From Podarcis tiliguerta (lineage: Eukaryota): DNA of 64,000 nucleotides. The position numbers and the translations under genes are program-made. A model generated the notes under the pieces. That model searched no databases, was not told the origin of the DNA, and worked only from the letters and a program-made list of their open reading frames with translations. Location of the stretch: NCBI GenBank assembly GCA_965153285.1, contig OZ229111.1; one strand, written 5' to 3'. Positions 35,401-46,900 of this stretch are shown piece by piece (position 1 is the first letter of the stretch; the number at the start of each line of letters is the position of its first letter).

Positions 35401-38400
35401 CACACACATGTGCGAGTGGAAGCAATGCACACACAACGGCTGCAAGCTCCGAGCAGCTGCCCCATCCCTCCACCCGGGACCCAGAGCACCGACTCACCCT
35501 CGAGGCGCACAATCTGGGGGCAGTAGTAATGGATGGTGGCAGCAATGGCGCCCCCGCTGGCCAGGTCCTTCATGCCAGTGATGGCAGGGAAGCAGGGAGT
35601 CTGCTTGGGCAGCGCCTTGTCCTTCCGATAGCGGATCTGTGCAGGGCAGAAACACAGGAGGAAGTCAACACAGCGACAGAAGGAGCCGGTCCCCACACGA
35701 GGGACACTAGAAAAAGCCTGAAGAATGCACCCCCTGCCTCCTCTCGGTCCAGGGCCTCACACCCTAAGCTCCTCCATCCCACCCTCAACTTCACCACCAT
35801 GCAGAAGCCCTCATGAAATTCTCCCTGGGAATACCCAGGGGGTGAAGAACCAGCCAAGATTAACACCCTCTTTCCCACCCCAAGAATGTGTGTGCACAAA
35901 ATACGACACCTCCCCCACCCCGCCCCAATACCAAGAGCAAAGTGCATGCTGGGAGGGTGGCAAAGGATATAAAGCGGGGGTGGGGGGGCGCAAGCGAGTC
36001 CCTCGAAGGCACAAGTCCCTCTGTGTCAGCCAAGGAGGAGAAAAGCAGGAGGGAAGTGAGGAGGAAGCAGCCAGCATAGGAGGAGAAAAGGAGACACTCT
36101 CCCTTCTGTAGCAGCTCTGAGTGACCCCCAAGACCAGCTGCCAGCTCCCCTCACTCTCCCCACCACACAAATGTTCCAAGGGGAGGTTCTGGCCTAGTGC
36201 TAGGCCCAGTGGGCTGCAGCGCCACAATGGCTGTGAGGGGATGCTAAATGGGGGGGGGGGGGTCGGGGGTCTGCCCTGGGCAGGAGAGAAGACAGAGGAG
36301 CCAGCAAGTCAGTCCTGCTAAATAACTGCATTTCCCACTCCAAGGAAACATGCTTGTCCTCACCCCAGGACACAGCAGACAAGACAACAAAAGGCAGCCC
36401 CCACACCAGAGACACACACAGAGCAGGGCAGGCCGTGCGCAGACATTGCACAGGGCAAAGGAGGGGGTGCACAGACAGACAAACAGGCACAGACACCCAG
36501 CAGGCCAGCAAAAAATAAAAAAGGGTGGGGAGAAAAAAAAGAGAGAGGCAAATGGGGCACCTCCATTCCTGCTGCAATGAGCTGGAGGGAGGTTTCAGGG
36601 GGAAAGGGCCATGTCCCTGGGGATGGGAAAGAGTTGGCCGTAGACAGCAAGCTCTGGAGACCAGCTTGACAGATGCTCTACCCCTTCCTCCACCACTGCT
36701 GAAGCCAGGAATTAATGGAGCAAGCCTCCCCCCCCACTCACCACCTGCCAGCCCAGGAGAGACCCCAAAGGAACCAAGGGAGGAGGTGGTCACCTGGCCC
36801 CAGAGGCCAAAACAGGTCAACTCTCAACACAGCAGGAGTTTTGGTGGGCAGTGGTGGTAATGAGAGGGTTTGTGCTGATGGCTGCACCCACATCTTTCCC
36901 TTCCTGACACCTTACAGCTCTAGAGAGAAAAGTCGGTAGATGCCCCCACACTAAACGTCCTAAAATAGAACGAAAACCAGAGTGTCTAACAAAAACAAGA
37001 AATGCAGCCCCGGATTTCTGCAGGCTCTGGAAAGGCAAGGGGCTGATTGTGTTTGGAGGGTGAGCAATGAGAAGAGGCAAACTCCCAAGAACTGAGGGCA
37101 AATGGCAGGTCTCTTGTGGGCATTGGAGGCAGCTCTTGGTTGCTCTGAACGTGGAGGGAGGAGGACCCTGGGAAATGTCCACAGCGGAGAGGGAAGCTCG
37201 CCTCTCCAAGCCCCAGGCAAGTTGGCAGCTTGTGGGGCAGGGGAGAAAGGCGGCCCAGGCCCATTGCAGCAGGAACGGCCCGAAGTCCTAGAAAACAGCA
37301 ACCCGGGTGGATGGCAAGGTGGTGCAGGCGGGCGGTGGGAGGCACGCGCCGACGGATACATTACCACAGGAGGCTTATTCCCCGACTCCTTCAAACAAAA
37401 AGCGATGGCATGCTGGATGCAATAGCAAAGAAAAGAGAGAGCCTGATCAATGCACCCGCAAGGAGGGAGGAGAGAGGAGGAAAGGGCTGCTGCTGCTGCC
37501 TCGCAAGGCTGGGGAACAGGGTAGGGGTAGGGGGTTGCAGGAAAGGCCTAGCCAAGGCCTAGCTTTCTGCCTGGGGTGATTAAAGCCTCCCCAGCATGCA
37601 CCTGGGGCTCCCAAGAGAGCCCTCTCGCCCCACACTCCTGAACACTAAACGCAATGTAGCATCCAGGCCTAAGTTCGGACTAGTCCGCACTCTGGGCTGC
37701 ACTGAGTACAGCTGGGCAGCAAGCAAATGGCGGGTTGAGGGGGAGGGGGACAGAAGGCAACACAGAAGGGGGGAATAAAGGAATGTCGTGTAACTAGCAT
37801 GCTGTTCCTACTTGGCAGCTCCAGGCATGAGCTGCCCTGCTCTGGCTGTCTCTTAACCCCTCTGCACAAATGAAAACCGGGGCTTCTCGGTTGATCTCTG
37901 AGGCAGTCCCTCTTGCCTGTCCGTTAGACCCCAGGGCACCTGTAACCCCAAGGAGGTTGCGTTATTCAGGGCAGGAAGAAGAGATCCGTTAAGCACCCAC
38001 CGCCACCGCCAGAACCCAACCCTCATGTGCCCCAACACGCGGAGCTAAGAGAGAGCAAAGCAGGAGCGGGTTGCGGAGGGAAGGGAGATGAGAACAAAGG
38101 ATGCTGGGATATACCAGCATCCCAGCAGCTGGTGTCTCATGTGGGAACACGCCTCCTCCTCCTCCTCCTCCCGGGACAGGGTCCCCTCTGCCCTCAAAGT
38201 CTCCCCAAAGTTCAGGCAGGTGCCCATCCCACAGGGAGCAGGGCAATGTCGTCCCCTCAGCCTTTCCCTCACTGAAACACACACACACACACACTCAGGT
38301 ATCTCTGCTCCAAGGTCCTAAATCCCCAGCATCCTTTGCTCTGGGTCCCCCTGGCATGCAGCGCAGGAGCCAAAAGCAGCAGGGAGATAATAAGTAAAGC

Positions 38401-40890
38401 CACCCACTTACAGGAACCAGTTTCCAGTACCACCTTGTGGGACACTGAAGCAGAGGAAAAGATGCAGAAAAAGACAGCTCTGTCACATAACACACCGTGA
38501 CGGTATCGCACTCGCAGCACAGAAAGCCGAAGGGGCAGCTTGGGCTGGGATGAGGCCTCGTCGGTGGGCCCATCGGGAACATGAACGGGGCAGCTTCTCA
38601 GGCAGGCAACCTGCCTCCGCCCCCCTCAATATGGTCTGACCGCTCTGGCCAACAGAGCCAGTGAGCCAGCCCCACAGAATGGATTTGGGGGAGAAGTCAA
38701 GGATCTCTGGTTGCCCACAAAGCAAGGACAAAGCAGACAAAGGCCACCTCACAGGAGGAGGGTGAAGCAGCAGATTTACAAGGGGGAGAGGTAGGGAATC
38801 CTTGGGGTGCAGGGAGTTCCCAAACATAAGCTAGAGTTGGGGGGCGGGGAGTCAGTCAGAAGGGAGGAAGCGGATTCTATCTTCGAAGGAAAGAGCGGGA
38901 GGGAAAGGGTGTGGCTTGTACACAGAACAGAGCCGGCATGGATAAAGCCACCCTTCCGTCGCCACGCTTTAGCTACTGGGGCAGGGCCCACAAATGGCCT
39001 CCCTCCCTCCCACTCCAGCTACGCCACAAGTCCAGGCTCCCTCCCTGCTCCATTCAGAAGGAAGCTGCACGAGGCAAGCAAACGCACCTTGGGACCGCTG
39101 TTGGAGGCCTGGGTCTGGCCGTCTGTTCCTGGAGCAGCCCGCTGAGTGCATTCCTGCTCGCTGCTTTGCTGTATCTTGTGGATGATCTGGAGGGAGGAAG
39201 CAAGGAGCATGCCGTTGCTGTTTTTTGTTTTGCTTTTTATAAATACAGTCATACCTTGGAAGTTCCGTTCCAGACGTCCGTTCAACTTCCAAAGCATTCA
39301 AAAACCAAAGCATGGCTTCTGATTGTCTTCCTGCAGCCAATCAGAAGCCCCGTTGGATGTTCAGCTTCCAAAAATAGTTTGCAAACCGGAACAGGCATTT
39401 CTGGGTTTACGGCATTTGGGAGCTACCATACTGTTCTGTCTATTAGACGCCCCCATGTATAAGACCCTCCCCCCTATTTTGGGGGACTTAATTTTAAGAA
39501 AATGAGGGGAGATGGCTCAAAGTTGTTGAGCCTCTCCCCCCATGCAGCTGTGGGCAGGAAACACTCCCTAGATCATTTCCCGCACACAGGTAGGGAGTGT
39601 TTCCCTCACGCATCAGCATCGAGGGAAGTTGTGCTCTAACCAGCCAGCAGGTTGGCCAGAGGGCACCTTCCCCTGATGCTACTGTGCGCATGGGAAACGA
39701 TCCAAGGAGTGCTTCCCATGCGCAGCGGCATCAGGGGAAGCTGCGTGCCGCCAGCCAGTGCCCCCAGATCGCTCCCTGTAGGCAGCAGCATCTCCCCCCA
39801 TGCCACTATCCATGTACTGGACGACCTTGGACATGATTTTTGTGTCAAAAAGCCTCATCCAATACACGGGAAAATACAGTAAGCTGTTCCAAAACCAAGG
39901 TATGACTGTATTTTTATTGATTGTTTTTTCAGCACAGGATATAATAAAAGTCAAACTAATTTAAATAAAAGATATTTTTAAAAAATGTATTGGGAAGAGG
40001 CACACACACCTTACCAATCCCTGCACATCCCACCCCCAGACCACTTTAAGGTGCTGAAGGTCCCTCCTCTGCTATTCTCCTCTCCTTCCCAAACAGGTCA
40101 TGTTATACGTGTCTCCAAAAACATGACTGCCTTCCTGAGTCCAGGCCAAAAAGAGAGATAAATGACTTGTGGCACCTTATTAAAGATGACAAATGTGTTA
40201 CAGGGATAAACTTTCATGGATTAGAGATCCCTTTATCAGATGCACGAAGTTAATCCCCCATTGGCATGTGGGTGTAAAAAAACTTTTGTTGGAAAGGAAA
40301 GGGCAATGAAATGCAACTCCACTTGAGCTTAAATGTACGCAAAGTAAGCCCAGCACCCCTTCACAACAGCAGCAAATTGGTGATAGAATGAAAAGGGCCG
40401 GAAAAGAATCAAGCAACTGCCCCTTTTGTTTAATATTTTATCCCAAGTTTCTATGAGGTCATATTCAAAACCAATGAAAAAACTATGTTTATTATCCTGC
40501 CCCTATCCTTTGGGCTCCAGGTGAGATTTTATAGCAATTTTTAGTAGGATAAATCTATGTCCCCTAAGGGCTCACAAATTGTAAGTAATCCATCCAAACC
40601 ATTTTACTCCAACCTCACATTTTCCGTGTCAGAGGTTGGACAGTGCAGCTGGGCATGGACTAGTGCAGATGTGGAGAACCTCTGGCCCTCCAGATATTGC
40701 TGAACTACAACTACAACCATCACTGGCCACTGGCTATCCTTGCAGGGGCTGATGGGAGTTGTAGTTGACCTCTAGAGGAATAAAGGTTCCTGGAGTAGAG
40801 AATCAAACAAACTTGCTGTGTGAATAAAGTGGGACATTAACTCTATGCCCACCTAAGTAATCTGGAGGAAGCACAAATATCAAGAATAGC

Positions 40891-40930
<40 letters not shown>

Positions 40931-43900
40931 AAATAAATAAGGTACCATGTCTATCCAGTGCAGAAGTTTCTGGTCCCAGGAGATGGCTGCCAGATCAGTG
41001 CCTGGCGTAACACTGAGTGAGCTGGTGGCTTCCAACGCAAACGCTGTCATCAGTGAGTCAATCAATGCCAGGTGCGCACCCTGTACGTGTGGCAAGGAAG
41101 AGAGAGACAAGTTAGGCAACCTGTGTTCAGCCACGAGGGTATCCTTACCCCACAAATGGAGCCAGGCACATAGTTGGTGCCACCCCTAGGTGTGAGATTA
41201 CACAGGAAAAGGGAGAACTATCTTCCCATTGATGCTGGGACAGGTGCAAGCAAGCTCCATCATTCCTCAGGATGAATTGCCAAGTTCTCCCTGCTTCCTA
41301 AAGTTCAGAGACGCAGATCAACTACTGTATTTTTCGCTCTATAAGATGCACCAGACCCCAAGACGCACCTAGTTTTTGGAGGAGGAAAACAAGAAAAAAT
41401 ATATTCTGAATCTCAGAAGCCAGAAGTGCAAGAGGGATCGCTGCGCAGTGAAAGCAGCAATCCCTCTTGCTGTTCTGGCTTCAGGGATAGCTGTGCAGCC
41501 TGCATTCGCTCCATAAGACATGCACACATTTCCCCTTACTTTTTAGGAGGGAAAAGGTGAGTCTTATAGAGCAAAAAATACGGTATGTTCTGCTCTCCTA
41601 TCACAGGGCAACAGGCTAGCCCTCCATGGCATAAGCTGCTTTCTCCAGTGTAATAAAGCACACAGAGTGTCGGGGGCATGCTGGAAGGACAGCGTCTTGG
41701 CTGGGGTGAATAAGCAGAATGAATGGAGTTACCAGCAGATGCAGGCTGGCAGCACGTAGATGTATTTACTCTGGAAGTGCATACTCGATTCTGACCAAAC
41801 TAAGCTTCCTGGTGTATATTTTGCTCTAGGGGGCTTAGTTTAGTCAGAATCTAGTATACACTTTCAGAGTTAATGCTAAATACATTACTTCTGGTAAATG
41901 AGCCACCATAGTTGCTAGAGGGCTGTGCAAATTTGTGTCCTGGGCTTTTTAGCCTCCTCTACCCATGTACTATCTGAAGCCAAAAGGGTGCATTGGTTGC
42001 CAGATGTGAAATATATTGGCATTATTTTCAGCTGTCCCACCCCACTACAAGGACTGGAGTCTTGGGCCAGATCATGGTAACATGAGAATCCCCCTTGCTG
42101 TGCCCGACTGAGCAAGCTCAGTCCCAGTCTTACACCACAGGAGAGCAGATTAGTTGCCTTAAGCTCTTAATGCTGTTAAGGAGAACCTGGATGAGAGCAG
42201 CCTGGGGGCAAAGGTAACATGTGCTAGGTGCAGATATTGGGCTTTATTACCAGCATCGTCATCATGCATGCAGTCTGCCTGCCCCCATGTTTCCCTCCAA
42301 ATTCTGCATGCAAGATCTCTCAGTGCCCCAAGCCCAGGAACGATGGGTCCAGGAGCAACAGCCTCTTCTGCTTCTGGGCAGGTCTAATAGGATAGCCTAC
42401 AAGCCAATTATCTCTGCGAAGACCCTAGCAACAATGCCAGCTGCCTTCTGATATTCTAAAGTGGCAGGGGGAGATGGAAGACAGCATCTTTCTTGTTAGG
42501 ACCCATTTGGAGTCCACAGTGGACTTGCAGTGGTTGACAAAGGTCACAGTTGTGATGTACAGACATGGGGAGAGAAGCAGCAGATAGAACATTAGACTGG
42601 AAGACCCAAAATTGTCTGTGGTCTCTCCAAGCAAAGCTGAAATCCTTCTAGCCAAGAGGTTTAAGCAGGTGGGATAAACTTGAGCCACTTCCTATGGAAA
42701 TATAAAGGAAGGTCCCAGGCCCTGAATAATGGTACTTTTGTCTGTTAAGCTCCTGAACAGAAAATGTGACAGGGAACTCCCCCTCCTACAACCTCACCCC
42801 CATGGCAGAAGCAGCACTAGAAGATTTTCTGCCAGCAGGGATCTGCTAACAAGAAATGGGAAAAAGTGAAGTCTCTGCTGAGTCAAGGGGGGAGGGGAAT
42901 ATCCAACGCAGCATAAAGTGAATGTTCCATCAGCACGGGGATTTTTGCTTGTGCAACGGAATGTTCTTCCCCTCTCCTCCCCCTGCAAAGCTGTTCCAGG
43001 GGTTTCTCCAACCCTCTGGAATAGATTTAGGGAGGGTGCACGGCACATGCAAGGCAAAGGTGGTAGTGGTAGAAGCCCAGTTGCCCAAGTGGAAATCCTT
43101 GTGCCAACAGGACAACTGAATACTGCTCAAGGCTTGCCTCACAACGATATGAGGGTGGACAGTTTATACAATCAGCTAAATTCATGTGATGAAGGTTTCT
43201 CTGGACTGTACCTCTTCAGGCTGCATGGAAGGAATTGCAAGTCTGAAGCCTTTTCACCACAAAAATAAAATGTTGAACTAATGAAACTAGACCAAAGGTA
43301 GCCAATGTGTGGCCTTCCAGAGATGCTGCTGGACTACACCTCCCATTATCCCTGACCACTGGCCATCCTAGTTGGGTCTGATGGAAGTTGGAGACCAACA
43401 TCACTTGGAGGGCTAAAGGTTCTCTGCTCCTGGACTAAACTGAACTCTTCTCCCTGACATGCTCATTCTCTACATGCAGGTATGGGATCAGCATTCAAAA
43501 AGGGACAAACTTTGCTACTCAGTTCTGGCCAAACTAGTGCAACCTGCACAAAGTTTTTACTGAAACCCCTGCCTGAACAAGTTATGGAAAGTCAGCACAC
43601 AACTGTAAAATGCAATGAAAACTCCCACCCATCTTTAATGCAGATCCTAGGACCCAAGTTTTGTCATCAAATAAAACTTACTGCTACCATGGCAAACGTT
43701 TTAAGAATAGGCTATGTAGTCACACAAACACCACATGTCTGTTTGGTTATTCAAATGACTACAGCTCTAGCCTGATCCAGGAATGGGGTTTTTTTGTGAG
43801 GAGGTGGGTTCAAAGGAAGAAGAGCAGGAGTATCAAAATGTGAGTTCACTGAGTGCCCAACAGCAACTGGGTCCTTGCAAGCAAAAGGCAGCAAGCAGGC

Positions 43901-46900
43901 CAGATGCAGGCCTCTAGGTACACCACACCCAGCCCTTCCTGGCAGCCTGATTTTCTGCACCAGCAGAGCGGGAACTGAAGCAGAGGAAAAAGCTGTTGAC
44001 TCGACAGTGAATCAAGCTTGGGTGTTAATGGGGCGCTCGTACTTGGGAGACAGAGAGAGAATAATGCAGAATAAGGGATGTGCCAAGCCTGAAGGGAGAA
44101 GCCTGAGAACAAGCCTCTCATTCCCCTTCAGAGCTGGGGCCACATCTAGCACACCTCAGGACGGGGGACCTCTGGCTAAAAAACCCTGTTCCCCTGGTTT
44201 CTTCTTCCCCTCCTTCAAAGACAAGGCCCAAAACAGACACAGCCACGCTCACTCTAGCTGCTTGGGCCTCAATAAGGCCTTTGTGGGATAAATACACTGA
44301 GGCCGTGTCAGACGAGGCCAGGGGAGTCGGATAATAGCCACACTGCTCGGCTCTGGCTCTGATGTCTGCTTTCCAATATCATTGCTGGCAGAAAGCCAAC
44401 ATGGCTGCCACCAGCAGCTCCCTCCACAGAGCAACTAATCCGCTGCTTTGCTCTCCCATACTCTTGGAGTTCAGGGTGTGGCGGCAGCCTAGCTGTGTGC
44501 TCTCTAAACATCTTGTCCCATGTGGCGCGCAACCTACACTTTCCTTGGGAGGGGCTCCAAATGCCCGGATCAAAATCAAGAGTCTCCATCATTCTCCTCA
44601 CCCTCAACCCTGGGCAAAATTAAACCTTCCCTTTACAATTGCTTCCATGGGCACCATTTCCCCAGCACTCAGCTGGGAGCAAGGGAGATAGAGGACACCC
44701 CTCCCTCCAGCTAGCTGGCGCTCTCGCCTCTCCTCCCGGCCTTGACAGATTCACCAGAGCAAAATTAATAGCAATCAGAGATACCCGCTCTGCGCGGAGC
44801 AATCCCGCCGGGCACCTGCCAGCAGAGCCGCACCAGTAGCGGGGATTCCCCCTCCCCGCCTCCCCCTCCCATTACACAAGCACCAGGCGGAAGAATGATA
44901 ATTGCTGGGCCCAGGGAGCAGAAATCCCCAAGCCCCCTTTCTGGGCTTTAACAATTTGTACATCCTTCCTAGTGCTGGCTTTGTGTTGCTTCCCCCATAT
45001 TCCAGGTCTTCCTTTGCTCCACCGCAAAAGCAAACTCCCCCCCCCCCCAAAAAAAAAATTTGTTTATTTGCTTTTCTGTTTTTGCCATCAACACATATTC
45101 TGTTACATGCATGCACAAAACGAAAAGACAAACAATAGCATGCTTATAAAACATAAACATGTACTAATAATAGTAACACACACACACACACATATATATA
45201 TATTCTTCCAAGCTGTTTAAACGCTATATATATTTACTTTTACTTCCCTTCCACTCTTCCCTTGGTTTCCTAGCATTTTAACTGAGTTTTCTTTCATTTG
45301 CCACCTCCTTTGTTGCCAGTGTATCCATTTGGAATTCTCATATCAACACCTCAACAATTTTCATTTTTAAAATCCCTCATACACAGTGGGGTGGGCTTCG
45401 GTGTGAGGGACAGACAGACTCCAACCTCAGCCTCCTTCTAACCCCCCTCTCTCTTCTCACACACTTCTTGCCTTTCACACCTAAATAAGTGTACGGTTCC
45501 CACCCTTCACGGCTCTCTTTTCTGTTTTCTTGCAGAGGGGAGAGGGAGACACCCACAGTGTTTCCCAACCACATCCCCTCCTCACAACAGCCCTTCCTGA
45601 AAATAGATAAACTGGAAAGGGAGATAGGATGTGGAGTTGTCAGCTATTGCAGATAAGTTTCCCCAAGTTCACTTATTATTGCTCAACCCCACACACACTC
45701 CGAGCTGGCTAGTTATAGATGCTTCTAAAAAGGGACACACAAAGCCAGGACCCTGTTTCACCCCTGCAACAGTAAACCAGAACAAACAAACAAAAAAGCA
45801 CCCTTCATTCTAGGATATTATGCTGTTCTCCCTCCTTCTTAGGATTTGCTATGCTACAAACCACTAAGGTCCCACCCAAGTTAAAGGAAACCTGAATTCC
45901 CATGTGCTTGTGTACAAGTGAAAAGGGACTAGCAGCTTGTACAGAGGACCTTCCTTCTCACAGGTGTACAGATGTTTGTGCCTGCCAGGCCTTAGACCAA
46001 CAGTAAATAACTTCCTTTGCCAGCAGAGGGTCCCTGGTTCAATCCTTGGGAGTCTCCAGGGAAGGAAGAACCTTTGGAGTGCTGCTACCAGTCAGTGTAA
46101 ACAACACTCAGCTGGCGGGACCAGTGGCCTCATCTGGCATGAGGCAGATGTTCCTAATGCTGGCCATCTAACCTTTAGAGTGCTGTGGCCCATCTTGTCT
46201 TCTTGATAATATCAGCACTTTACAAACCAAGGGGGTTTCGAAGGGAGCAACAGGAGGCTTCAGCTTCCCAAGAGGGAGAGTCAAAAGACCTTAGGGTGGG
46301 GGGGGGGGTAGAAAGAAACTTCTCCTGTCTTTAGCCACACCTCAGCCCTCCCCACCCACAGAGAGATGAGGGAAGGGGTTCCCACGGGGTGGCTGGGATC
46401 TAAGCTTGTAAAGGCTCCACCCTGAAGCTGTGGCGCCACAGAAGACGCTCCTTGTATTAACAGAGGCAGGCAAGGAGGGAGGGAGGGAGGAGGGAAGGAG
46501 TTTTGGGGATTTGTCTGTCACCCTCAGGGCCTCCACCATGCCACTGCACAGGACAGGACAGCGCTGGGGAGAGCAGCATTTACACAAGGCCGTCAACAGG
46601 AGCATCGAGCGTCCTCCCCACAATTCAGAGCCTGCCTTTGGGCTGGTGGCAGGGGGATCCTTTCACAGAAAAGCTTTTTCTCCGCCGCCCTCTCCCCCAA
46701 ACCATCAGTTACATTAAACATATGCCCAGAACAGCCAGTGCTCTTCCTCTGTACAGCAGCGCCCAGCCACTAATGATGCCTTCACCATCCTGGTGCCTTC
46801 CAGATGTTGTGGACCACAACTCCCACCAGGCCCAGCCAGCACAGTCGCTGATGGGGAATGGTGGTCCCAAACATCTGGAAAGCACCAGAGCTAGTGAAGC

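Noticed and set aside
35547-35563. CTCF-like TGGCCAGCGGGGGCGCC in a coding exon
   Set aside because: One base short of the consensus spacing and explained by codons LASGGA
35930-36110. Possible extra cassette exon after a pyrimidine tract (acceptor near 36021)
   Set aside because: No strong donor or recognisable peptide; unsupported without RNA-seq
46541-46566. REST/NRSE-like GGACAGCGC half-site
   Set aside because: Left half TTCAGCACC is absent
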